A stretch of DNA of 64,000 nt from Macrostomum lignano (taxonomy: Eukaryota). A model generated the notes under the pieces. That model searched no databases. It saw only the letters and a program-made list of their open reading frames with translations, and had not been told where the DNA came from. The translations under genes and the position numbers were made by a program. Location: the NCBI GenBank assembly GCA_002269645.1, contig NIVC01002693.1, positions 85,250-149,249 of the forward strand. Direction: 5' to 3'. Shown one piece after another: positions 11,244 through 23,423 of this stretch (positions are counted from its first letter, which is position 1; each line of letters opens with the position of its first letter).

Positions 11244-14200
11244 ACTACTAAGGACTGGCAGATGTGTTGATTTTGGGAGGGGGGTGGGTGTCAACCCTCC
11301 TCGCCTCTCATTGGCTGGCGCCCCGATCACTAGGTGATCGATACCCGTATCGATATCGGCGCTCGGCGCGCGCGCCGCAGGCGCGTGGCGCCAAGCGCCG
11401 TCCAGCCGCAGGCGCACCCTCCCGATATTAGATCCCAATAAATCAATCAGATCCCAAATCAATCAGATCCCAAATCAATCAGATCCCAAATCAATCAGAT
11501 CCCAAATCAATCAGATCCCAAGCGCACCCTCCTGAGCCGCAGACGCCCATGCCGCAGGCGCCCCGAGTGTACACTCTCCCGAGCCAAAGGTACACTCTCC
11601 CCAGTACACTCTCCCCAGTACACTCTCCCGATATGTACACTCTCCCACTCTCCCGATATGGGTGTACACTCGCCCAATACAGGTGTACACTCTCCCGATA
11701 TGTAGTCAACGATACGTACCCCGCAGGCACCCTATACCTCACGCCCTGCCCCCACCTAGCCTCTTCCCCTCTCTCACCCACATCTCAACTAGCGAAATCG
11801 AACCCAGGTCGCGCCCATACTAGGCCACTACACGGTTTGGGGGTATAGGGAGCGAGAAGTTTTAACCCTGATGCTGACGCAGCCCTGTACAGTGAGCGTG
11901 TACGGGCAGAGAGGGGTGGGGCGGACAGAGAACTAGCCACTAGGTTGTTATACTGTTGAAGCATAGGGAGCGAGAAGTTTTAACCCCGATGCTGACGCAG
12001 CCCTGTACAGTGAGCGTGTACGGGCAGAGGGTGGGTGGAAAGAGATGTGAATAACACAGCCTGCTGCAGGAGCCGGATAGAGAGGCGCATGCTAGGACAG
12101 AGAGACAGTGTGAGTCACACACACACCCACAGAGAGAGCCGTACAGAGGATAGAGAGCTCCCTCCCCAGTTGCAGGGGACAGAGAGGCAGGCAGGGTATG
12201 CAGGGGCATGCGAACAGTCAAGGGGCCACGCGAGGATAGAATGGAGGAGCAGAGATGTGTATGGACAGAGAGCAGGCCACGCGTGCGTAGTGTGAGGGAA
12301 CAGAAACATATGGAGCAGGAGGGAGATAGGAAGCAAACGCGCAGGGTAAGGGAGCCACACAGGGCGGTACAGTGAGACACGGGCAGGGGTGGAGCCGTGC
12401 GTGGACAGAGCTGAACGGCATGGTCAGCTGCAGGAATAGGATGATAGAGAGGCGCGGATAGGAGGGACAGAGAGCAGTGTGCAGGGGTAGGCAGCCACGC
12501 TGGCAGGGAACAGAGGCGCGTGTAGCCAGTTGCAGCCCGGGACAGAGAAGTGTGAAGGGGGCCTGGGACAGAGTTCCGAGCAAGGCACAGAGAGGTAGGG
12601 TCCGGTAGCCATGTATAGACAGGGACCCACGCGAGGGCAGGACAGGGGAGTAGACATGCAAGTTGCATGCAAGGCCAGAGAGGTGTGCGCGGAGGGAGAC
12701 AGAGAGCAGTGTGTAGGGGTAGGTAACAGCAAACTTTAGTAGAGGTGCGTGCGGGGACGGAGAAACCAGTCTGAGCGTACAGAGACGTTACAGAGAGGTA
12801 CACAAACAGAGAACAAAGCGAGCAGAGCACATGTGTAGGCGCAGAGACGTGAGGGAGAATCGACCAAAACACGCTATGTATTATCAAAAGTTGGTTTTAG
12901 TGCAGCATATTTAATAGTGGGTAGTATAATAGTATGTACATAGTAGGTATAATGGTAGTAATAATAGTAAGTATATTAGCCCAAAAGGTAGGCTAAAACA
13001 GGCTAAACTGTGTGTACGCATCCTCATCACCCCACAAGCCCCCTCTCCCGCCAGATTCACTCTTCCAAACCCTCCTGTATTGCTGTATGAAGGAAAATAT
13101 AGTGTAAAAATACAGATGTTAACCGTCAGACCGCTGAAATCAGGGCACACTAGAGGGGGTTTCGGGGTCTGCATGCTCTATGTAAGCTGCTTGAGGAGGT
13201 TCCAAGGGCGTTGTGAGGGTTTCCATTATGTTTTGAAAAAACTAGGGGCTTAAATACAACGTTTTATTCAAAAAGTAGGTTATTTTAATGAAATAGCTGA
13301 CACAATCATTGTCGAGAGTAGAAATTTTTATAAGAAACCAGGCATTTTAGCAAAAATAAACCTTCAAACCACATAAAATTGAATAAAAAGCAGACATTTT
13401 CAATTATAAACCGCAAGTATTTTAATAGAAAAGTAAGCAAACAAGGCACAAAAGCAGCAAATTTTACCTTTTTTATTTTAATGTTACTGTTAAGGTAGAG
13501 AGTAGAAACTTGTGAGCTGTACGGAGTTAGAAAGTATTAACCATTATGTATCGTATGAATTATTAGTTCAGTACCAGCCATTGGTCAAGCGAGCATTTAT
13601 GAAGTTATTACGAGTGATGAAGGGATAGAGAGCTATATACAGGAAGACAGTATCCTTCTAAACCACCACGAACAGATTGCTAATACAGATAAGCTTTGTC
13701 TGTGTGCAGTATGAGTAAGCGAAGGCGGGGCAAATACTTTTCCACATGCCGGACAGAACAGTATTGTGCTAGGATTTCTCTCGAAATCGCGGTACGTTAC
13801 TAGTTTTTATCACACCATCCAGATGCGTCAACTAGTCAGCAGTAGTCATTTATATGTTATTAGAACTTACAAACCCAGGTCAGGTAAATATTACAAAGAG
13901 TATATTACGTACACACGCCAACTCCGAATACCAAGCCATACTAGTCTACTTGCAGTGCTCCTGGAGGGAAGGGACGGTCAAGAGTTACACACCAAGAATG
14001 CATTCACACAAAGAGTACACCACTCGAGCCCCGTCCATGCGCCCCGATATGTATGACGCAGGCAACCCTCCCGACATGTATGCCGCAGGCGACCCTCCCG
14101 ACATGTACCCAACATGTATGTCGCAGGCGACCCTACTGACATGTACCCCGACATGTACACCCTACCAAATGGCACTCGAGCCACAGGTGCCAAGCGGCCC

Positions 14201-15638
14201 CCCGAAATGTACGCCGCGGGCGCCCCCCTCCCGAGCCGAAGGTACACTCTTCCAATATGAGTGTACACTCTCCCAATACAAGTGTACACTCTCCCGATAT
14301 GAGTGTACATCGATTTGTAGTCAACAATACCTATTAACACAAAATTAGGCTAGTGAAAACTACTTATAGTAGGTGAAATTGCGTATATTTACGTAAAAAG
14401 TAAGCAAAACACATATTAATCACATCAGTAGGTGTAAATATCAGGGCATAATACATATTACGAAACATATAGGTGTACGGACATATAGAATTAAGCATAT
14501 GGACAGCAAAAACACACAATGTAGGTGCATTTATCGATATTTTGGCAGAAAAGTAGGTGAAATAGACAAAATAGTAGGTATAATTCACAGAACCTACTCA
14601 TTAGTGTAGTAGGCGCTTGTAGATGCTAGTATATTGTAAAACATAGGTTGAAATACACATACGCACAGTAGATACAAGTATAATGCAGGTGCATATGCAC
14701 ACACTGTAGATTCGAATTATGTAGATGCATAGGCTAAAATACACACATCGTAGAGACAGAAGCAGGCATAATGCAGGAAAATTATGATACATATTAGTGC
14801 GTAAAGTATCATATTATGACACGCTGTAGCACATATTGACATAATGCAGGGGAAAATATTGACAGAAATAGTACACAATTGTAGAGGTAACAACCCGCCA
14901 ACTAGTAAGGGCATCCAGCACTTGTTCAGGTTTTTATTATTTCGAGACGAGTGTCATGCCCCCGCAAGAGATCTTATCAGAAATTTGTTGAACTCCACTG
15001 CAACTCTCCCCAGAGCCTCCAAATGCGAGTTTTTAACCCAGGGTCGAGTACAAAGGACCCGCCCACTCTTAACCCCAAGGGGTGATCCTAGCGGAGACCA
15101 AGTACAGTGCGGACGGAGAGGGATAACAGAAAGCGCTGCACTGCACCAGACCGTGGGGCTGCATTCCTCCCCCGAGGTAGGCGCGTCAGCTCCCACTCCT
15201 CATTTAACCATCAAGTAAACTAAAGAAGTCAAGCAGAAAGCCTTACTATCACCTGCAGCCAGCACAAGTAAGAGTACTTTCCACTAGAGAGCTATAGTGC
15301 AAGATTCGCGAGCCAAGTTGAAGCACACCAAATTACACTAAAGACATATGTATTAAAAAGCATACCGGCACCTCTACAAAAACACAGTATGTACCGATTA
15401 AAGTTGCTTTTGGTGCAGTGTATTTAATAAAAAGCAGGTACCTAACACAAAAGTAGGCATCAATGCAGTGCACGGACTAAACTGTATTTACAAACGCAGG
15501 GCAACGAACTACACACAATGTAGCGCATAGACATAATTGTACGCATAAATGTACGCAATTTCCGGTATATAGGACCACATGTACGCAAATGTACACAATG
15601 TACACAAACAAACACACACACACACACACACACACACA
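11244..15638 (+). repeat. Left TIR (~4.4 kb) of the foldback element
   Basis: Reverse complement of ~23394-27789; mirrored ORF translations differ only by a few SNPs or indels. Contains 16-bp (AATCAATCAGATCCCA)n, GTACACTCTCCC modules and a ~120-bp tandem duplication at ~11840-12050. Confidence 0.95.
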
Positions 15639-16159
15639 ATCACGCACCGGGCACTTGTTGGTACGGTATACAATGGTGGGCACTTATTTTGCAATTTTTT
15701 TTGACACACGAAAACACACACATACACACAGTGCAATGACCTATTAAGTATTTTTAGCATTTAAATGATGAAAAAAAGCATACATTGAAATAAAAAAGCA
15801 CGTCCCATACTAATAGTATGATCTATTGAAAGTGAAGGAATAGCATATCATCGTGTAACTATATTGTCCTCAGTCCAGCGAATTCAGCATTACTTGAAAT
15901 ACAAAAGGCTTCGTTAAAGCCAATCCACATGAAGGAAAAACTAGTTACAAGCAGTCTATTTACCTTTACCTTTACTAATACGCTATAATGCTGTACGCAA
16001 TATGCCTGACTAATATGAATAAAAAATTCAATTACACTTGCGCTTAGAAAAAAACCTAAAATTGACAGTGAAACTGAAAAACTGAAACGCAGAGATTAGT
16101 TAAGCAGATTAAACAACAAATTCCGGTCGAGTGAGAAAACAGGAGTCTCGTTATTTAGA

Positions 16160-19100
16160 GCACTCTGGCATCCAGCATTACGCTCGTAGACTATTAGCTG
16201 CTCTCCTGAGTTCGAAGCTGACAGGTCAGTTGCAGTCGGCATCGATTGAGTCGACTGCCAATTTAGTCAATGGGTTTCGTTTCTTCTTTTCACTGGAACC
16301 TGTGGTGGGATTAGCAAAAGATCGATTTCGCATATCGATTTAGTGATTTCAAGGACGACAAAATCATTCTTCTCTGCATGTCAGCTCCAGAAGATGCTAG
16401 TTTGCTTGCAGCTTTCTGTAGGAGCATTCTACTTTAGTAAAGTATACCCATTCTAAAATAAGCTGTTTTTAATATGTCCCAACAAGTCTCTGTGCAGTGT
16501 GTCATCCGTTTGCCCATCAATTTGTTCTGGAGCCCTTTATTAATTGAGTTCTTTAGGTGACTTAACAAATGCGGAAAAAACTAGACACACACACAGTGGC
16601 CCAACACTTCGTGTCCCAATAATTGCTAGGAAAAATGCACTGCAGTGTTTAAGCATCTCTTCTGAGGGGCCCTTGCATGCATAGCTATAGAATCTGCTAA
16701 GACCCGATCTGAGAGTTAAAAGTACAAAAAGTTATAACGCTTCTAGACACGAAAACGAATGCAGCCACAGCATGAACTAACCTTTCATTGAAGCTTCTGC
16801 TTAAGACTTTGATGCTGTGAAGCATTCTGGCATCTAGCATTACTCTCGTAGACTATTAGCTGCTCTCCTGAGTTCGAAGCTGACAGGTCAGTTGCAGTCG
16901 GCATCGATTGAGTCGACTGCCAATTTAGTCAATGGGTTTCGTTTCTTCTTTTCATGGAACCTGTGGTGGGATTAGCAAAAGATCGATTTCGCATATCGAT
17001 TTAGTGATTTCAAGGACGACAAAATCATTCTTCTCTGCATGTCAGCTCCAGAAGATGCTAGTTTGCTTGCAGCTTTCTGTAGGAGCATTCTACTTTAGTA
17101 AAGTGTACCCATTCTAAAATAAGCTGTTTTTAATATGTCCCAACAAGTCTCTGTGCAGTGTGTCATCCGTTTGCCCATCAATTTGTTCTGGAGCCCTTTA
17201 TTAATTGAGTTCTTTAGGTGACTTAACAAATGCGGAAAAAACTAGACACACACACAGTGGCCCAACACTTCGTGTCCCAATAATTGCTAGGAAAAATGCA
17301 CTGCAGTGTTTAAGCATCTCTCTGAGGGGCCCTTGCATGCATAGCTATAGAATCTGCTAAGACCCGATCTGAGAGTTAAAAGTACAAAAAGTTATAACGC
17401 TTCTAGACACGAAAACGAATGCAGCCACAGCATGAACTAACCTTTCATTGAAGCTTCTGCTTAAGACTTTGATGCTGTGAAGCATTCTGGCATCTAGCAT
17501 TACTCTCGTAGTCTATTAGCTGCTCTCCTGAGTTCGAAGCTGACAGGTCAGTTGCAGTCGGCATCGATTGAGTCGACTGCCAATTTAGTCAATGGGTTTC
17601 GTTTCTTCTTTTCACTGGAACCTGTGGTGGGATTAGCAAAAGATCGATTTCGCATATCGATTTAGTGATTTCAAGGACGACAAAATCATTCTTCTCTGCA
17701 TGTCAGCTCCAGAAGATGCTAGTTTGCTTGCAGCTTTCTGTAGGAGCATTCTACTTTAGTAAAGTGTACCCATTCTAAAATAAGCTGTTTTTAATATGTC
17801 CCAACAAGTCTCTGTGCAGTGTGTCATCCGTTTGCCCATCAATTTGTTCTGGAGCCCTTTATTAATTGAGTTCTTTAGGTGACTTAACAAATGCGGAAAA
17901 AACTAGACACACACACAGTGGCCCAACACTTCGTGTCCCAATAATTGCTAGGAAAAATGCACTGCAGTGTTTAAGCATCTCTCTGAGGGGCCCTTGCATG
18001 CATAGCTATAGAATCTGCTAAGACCCGATCTGAGAGTTAAAAGTACAAAAAGTTATAACGCTTCTAGACACGAAAACGAATGCAGCCACAGCATGAACTA
18101 ACCTTTCATTGAAGCTTCTGCTTAAGACTTTGATGCTGTGAAGCATTCTGGCATCTAGCATTACTCTCGTAGTCTATTAGCTGCTCTCCTGAGTTCGAAG
18201 CTGACAGGTCAGTTGCAGTCGGCATCGATTGAGTCGACTGCCAATTTAGTCAATGGGTTTCGTTTCTTCTTTTCACTGGAACCTGTGGTGGGATTAGCAA
18301 AAGATCGATTTCGCATATCTGTTTAGTGATTTCAAGGACGACAAAATCATTCTTCTCTGCATGTCAGCTCCAGAAGATGCTAGTTTGCTTGCAGCTTTCT
18401 GTAGGAGCATTCTACTTTAGTAAAGTGTACCCATTCTAAAATAAGCTGTTTTTAATATGTCCCAACAAGTCTCTGTGCAGTGTGTCATCCGTTTGCCCAT
18501 CAATTTGTTCTGGAGCCCTTTATTAATTGAGTTCTTTAGGTGACTTAACAAATGCGGAAAAAACTAGACACACACACAGTGGCCCAACACTTCGTGTCCC
18601 AATAATTGCTAGGAAAAATGCACTGCAGTGTTTAAGCATCTCCTCTGAGGGGCCCTTGCATGCATAGCTATAGAATCTGCTAAGACCCGATCTGAGAGTT
18701 AAAAGTACAAAAAGTTATAACGCTTCTAGACACGAAAACGAATGCAGCCACAGCATGAACTAACCTTTCATTGAAGCTTCTGCTTAAGACTTTGATGCTG
18801 TGAAGCATTCTGGCATCTAGCATTACTCTCGTAGACTATTAGCTGCTCTCCTGAGTTCGAAGCTGACAGGTCAGTTGCAGTCGGCATCGATTGAGTCGAC
18901 TGCCAATTTAGTCAATGGGTTTCGTTTCTTCTTTTCACTGGAACCTGTGGTGGGATTAGCAAAAGATCGATTTCGCATATCTGTTTAGTGATTTCAAGGA
19001 CGACAAAATCATTCTTCTCTGCATGTCAGCTCCAGAAGATGCTAGTTTGCTTGCAGCTTTCTGTAGGAGCATTCTACTTTAGTAAAGTGTACCCATTCTA

Positions 19101-22017
19101 AAATAAGCTGTTTTTAATATGTCCCAACAAGTCTCTGTGCAGTGTGTCATCCGTTTGCCCATCAATTTGTTCTGGAGCCCTTTATTAATTGAGTTCTTTA
19201 GGTGACTTAACAAATGCGGAAAAAACTAGACACACACACAGTGGCCCAACACTTCGTGTCCCAATAATTGCTAGGAAAAATGCACTGCAGTGTTTAAGCA
19301 TCTCTCTGAGGGGCCCTTGCATGCATAGCTATAGAATCTGCTAAGACCCGATCTGAGAGTTAAAAGTACAAAAAGTTATAACGCTTCTAGACACGAAAAC
19401 GAATGCAGCCACAGCATGAACTAACCTTTCATTGAAGCTTCTGCTTAAGACTTTGATGCTGTGAAGCATTCTGGCATCTAGCATTACTCTCGTAGTCTAT
19501 TAGCTGCTCTCCTGAGTTCGAAGCTGACAGGTCAGTTGCAGTCGGCATCGATTGAGTCGACTGCCAATTTAGTCAATGGGTTTCGTTTCTTCTTTTCACT
19601 GGAACCTGTGGTGGGATTAGCAAAAGATCGATTTCGCATATCTGTTTAGTGATTTCAAGGACGACAAAATCATTCTTCTCTGCATGTCAGCTCCAGAAGA
19701 TGCTAGTTTGCTTGCAGCTTTCTGTAGGAGCATTCTACTTTAGTAAAGTGTACCCATTCTAAAATAAGCTGTTTTTAATATGTCCCAACAAGTCTCTGTG
19801 CAGTGTGTCATCCGTTTGCCCATCAATTTGTTCTGGAGCCCTTTATTAATTGAGTTCTTTAGGTGACTTAACAAATGCGGAAAAAACTAGACACACACAC
19901 AGTGGCCCAACACTTCGTGTCCCAATAATTGCTAGGAAAAATGCACTGCAGTGTTTAAGCATCTCTCTGAGGGGCCCTTGCATGCATAGCTATAGAATCT
20001 GCTAAGACCCGATCTGAGAGTTAAAAGTACAAAAAGTTATAACGCTTCTAGACACGAAAACGAATGCAGCCACAGCATGAACTAACCTTTCATTGAAGCT
20101 TCTGCTTAAGACTTTGATGCTGTGAAGCATTCTGGCATCTAGCATTACTCTCGTAGTCTATTAGCTGCTCTCCTGAGTTCGAAGCTGACAGGTCAGTTGC
20201 AGTCGGCATCGATTGAGTCGACTGCCAATTTAGTCAATGGGTTTCGTTTCTTCTTTTCACTGGAACCTGTGGTGGGATTAGCAAAAGATCGATTTCGCAT
20301 ATCTGTTTAGTGATTTCAAGGACGACAAAATCATTCTTCTCTGCATGTCAGCTCCAGAAGATGCTAGTTTGCTTGCAGCTTTCTGTAGGAGCATTCTACT
20401 TTAGTAAAGTGTACCCATTCTAAAATAAGCTGTTTTTAATATGTCCCAACAAGTCTCTGTGCAGTGTGTCATCCGTTTGCCCATCAATTTGTTCTGGAGC
20501 CCTTTATTAATTGAGTTCTTTAGGTGACTTAACAAATGCGGAAAAAACTAGACACACACACAGTGGCCCAACACTTCGTGTCCCAATAATTGCTAGGAAA
20601 AATGCACTGCAGTGTTTAAGCATCTCTCTGAGGGGCCCTTGCATGCATAGCTATAGAATCTGCTAAGACCCGATCTGAGAGTTAAAAGTACAAAAAGTTA
20701 TAACGCTTCTAGACACGAAAACGAATGCAGCCACAGCATGAACTAACCTTTCATTGAAGCTTCTGCTTAAGACTTTGATGCTGTGAAGCATTCTGGCATC
20801 TAGCATTACTCTCGTAGTCTATTAGCTGCTCTCCTGAGTTCGAAGCTGACAGGTCAGTTGCAGTCGGCATCGATTGAGTCGACTGCCAATTTAGTCAATG
20901 GGTTTCGTTTCTTCTTTTCACTGGAACCTGTGGTGGGATTAGCAAAAGATCGATTTCGCATATCTGTTTAGTGATTTCAAGGACGACAAAATCATTCTTC
21001 TCTGCATGTCAGCTCCAGAAGATGCTAGTTTGCTTGCAGCTTTCTGTAGGAGCATTCTACTTTAGTAAAGTATACCCATTCTAAAATAAGCTGTTTTTAA
21101 TATGTCCCAACAAGTCTCTGTGCAGTGTGTCATCCGTTTGCCCATCAATTTGTTCTGGAGCCCTTTATTAATTGAGTTCTTTAGGTGACTTAACAAATGC
21201 GGAAAAAACTAGACACACACACAGTGGCCCAACACTTCGTGTCCCAATAATTGCTAGGAAAAATGCACTGCAGTGTTTAAGCATCTCTCTGAGGGGCCCT
21301 TGCATGCATAGCTATAGAATCTGCTAAGACCCGATCTGAGAGTTAAAAGTACAAAAAGTTATAACGCTTCTAGACACGAAAACGAATGCAGCCACAGCAT
21401 GAACTAACCTTTCATTGAAGCTTCTGCTTAAGACTTTGATGCTGTGAAGCATTCTGGCATCTAGCATTACTCTCGTAGTCTATTAGCTGCTCTCCTGAGT
21501 TCGAAGCTGACAGGTCAGTTGCAGTCGGCATCGATTGAGTCGACTGCCAATTTAGTCAATGGGTTTCGTTTCTTCTTTTCACTGGAACCTGTGGTGGGAT
21601 TAGCAAAAGATCGATTTCGCATATCGATTTAGTGATTTCAAGGACGACAAAATCATTCTTCTCTGCATGTCAGCTCCAGAAGATGCTAGTTTGCTTGCAG
21701 CTTTCTGTAGGAGCATTCTACTTTAGTAAAGTGTACCCATTCTAAAATAAGCTGTTTTTAATATGTCCCAACAAGTCTCTGTGCAGTGTGTCATCCGTTT
21801 GCCCATCAATTTGTTCTGGAGCCCTTTATTAATTGAGTTCTTTAGGTGACTTAACAAATGCGGAAAAAACTAGACACACACACAGTGGCCCAACACTTCG
21901 TGTCCCAATAATTGCTAGGAAAAATGCACTGCAGTGTTTAAGCATCTCTTCTGAGGGGCCCTTGCATGCATAGCTATAGAATCTGCTAAGACCCGATCTG
22001 AGAGTTAAAAGTACAAA
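16160..22017. repeat. Tandem array of ~9 near-identical ~660-bp units inside the foldback element
   Basis: The marker CTGGCATCYAGCATTACKCTCGTAG recurs at ~660-bp spacing from ~16165 to ~21455. No open frame spans a unit. Confidence 0.95.
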
Positions 22018-23220
22018 ACTTATAATTTTTGTGGTTGGACACGTAGGCTATTGAATGTCAATGGATTCAGACGAAATGTCAAGTTTTACTCAAAGCTTTT
22101 ACAGCTTACCGGTTAAAGTCGACGGATCCTTTGGCAATTGCGCCACATGGCAGTTGATCAAAGGTGATATACCTGAAGGAAAGGTAGGTACTGCTTAGCA
22201 GGAGCAGTATTTTTTATAGCATTTAAATATAAATGCTTCTTGTTTCCGACAAAGTTTTTTAATACCACTTACATGTTTATCGCTGTGCCATTCCATGCTG
22301 TTCTTTCCATACCATGGTGACTCGGGTGCCATGGCAGAGGCAGAGTTGACCATTGATTTCAGCATGGCGAGTACATGCCAATTTTGTTTACCGTACGTTT
22401 GCGGGGTGGCGTCAATAATAGACCAAAATAAATGTACACCTAACTAGCAAGGGGACTCTGGTAAATTGGAGCCATGTACACAGGGGGGTAGGGCTTAGTC
22501 CTAACATGTATGGGGTAAGTCCTAATATGAGTGGGCTTTTGTAAACGACACTCTAGCACACAGTCCCAACAATTTATAGAATATCGAATGCGCGCAGCAG
22601 TCAATAGCATGAGTCCTAACAAGAGTGGGCTGTTGTATTCAACACTGCAACACTGTCCTAACAATTTAGTTCGTGTAGAGTACTGATGCCCATCACAGTC
22701 AGAAGTAAATTTAAGCCCTTGTCATTTCTTTAGGTTTATCTCCATCCAGAACCATCCTTTGACAATAAAATACCCTTAAAAGTGTTTTGCTATGCTTTGC
22801 TTTGTATGTATTTTAATGTATGCTATGTATTTACGTCTTAAAACAAAGACTGCAGCAAATGAATGCGCTTGAAATCTACTATTAGTAAAAATATGAGAAA
22901 AAACCAATAAAAATATGCGGGAGCAGATTAGCCATTTCAGTGTCCCAATAGTGATTTGGTCGAATTTTGTATCATTTTTCCTTATTGGGACGCCAGTTTT
23001 TGCTTATTTATTGACACAGCAAGTAAAATTATTAAAAATGAGTTGCACCATCAAAAAGAGGCTGTCGAGCTGAATCCATAGAGTATTTTTTTGAGCTGCT
23101 ATTGTAACTTTTTTGGAAGTGTTGGACGGACTTGATGGGACAGTCCCAACATTTTTTTTGGCCCAACAGTGCGGGTCCCGTTGTACGCGTATGGCCCAAC
23201 AAATGCCCCGTGCGCAAACA

Positions 23221-23222
23221 CA

Positions 23223-23267
<45 letters not shown>

Positions 23268-23354
23268 AGGCGTATCCTGCAGAGCGCATCCTGCAGCGCC
23301 GATCGCCGCAGGCGATGGCGCCATCGGCAGGAAGCTCTTGCTGTGAATACGCCT

Positions 23355-23420
<66 letters not shown>
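23221..23420. other. Branched (T-shaped) palindrome with (CA)n/(GT)n arms
   Basis: (CA)n-TCAGGCGTAT...ATACGCCTGA-(GT)n outer stem; inner GCCGAT/ATCGGC stem carrying two small hairpins (CGCC-GCA-GGCG and ATGGCGCCAT). Confidence 0.8.

Positions 23421-23423
<3 letters not shown>

Noticed and set aside
11940-15218. ORFs within the TIR (315 aa, 164 aa, 124 aa and mirrored copies)
   Set aside because: They are low-complexity or lack recognisable motifs. The 315-aa and 164-aa ORFs are broken in the other arm, which argues against coding constraint.
16440-16790. Minus-strand exon-like segment across the 660-bp unit (acceptor to GTTAGT donor)
   Set aside because: All three frames contain stops, so it is not a coding exon as it stands.
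16160-22017. 660-bp unit as a spliced-leader RNA or snRNA gene array (Sm-like AATTTGTTCTGG present)
   Set aside because: No flatworm-type leader ending ATG|GT and no recognisable U snRNA, 5S or tRNA sequence was found by eye. It remains untested by covariance models.
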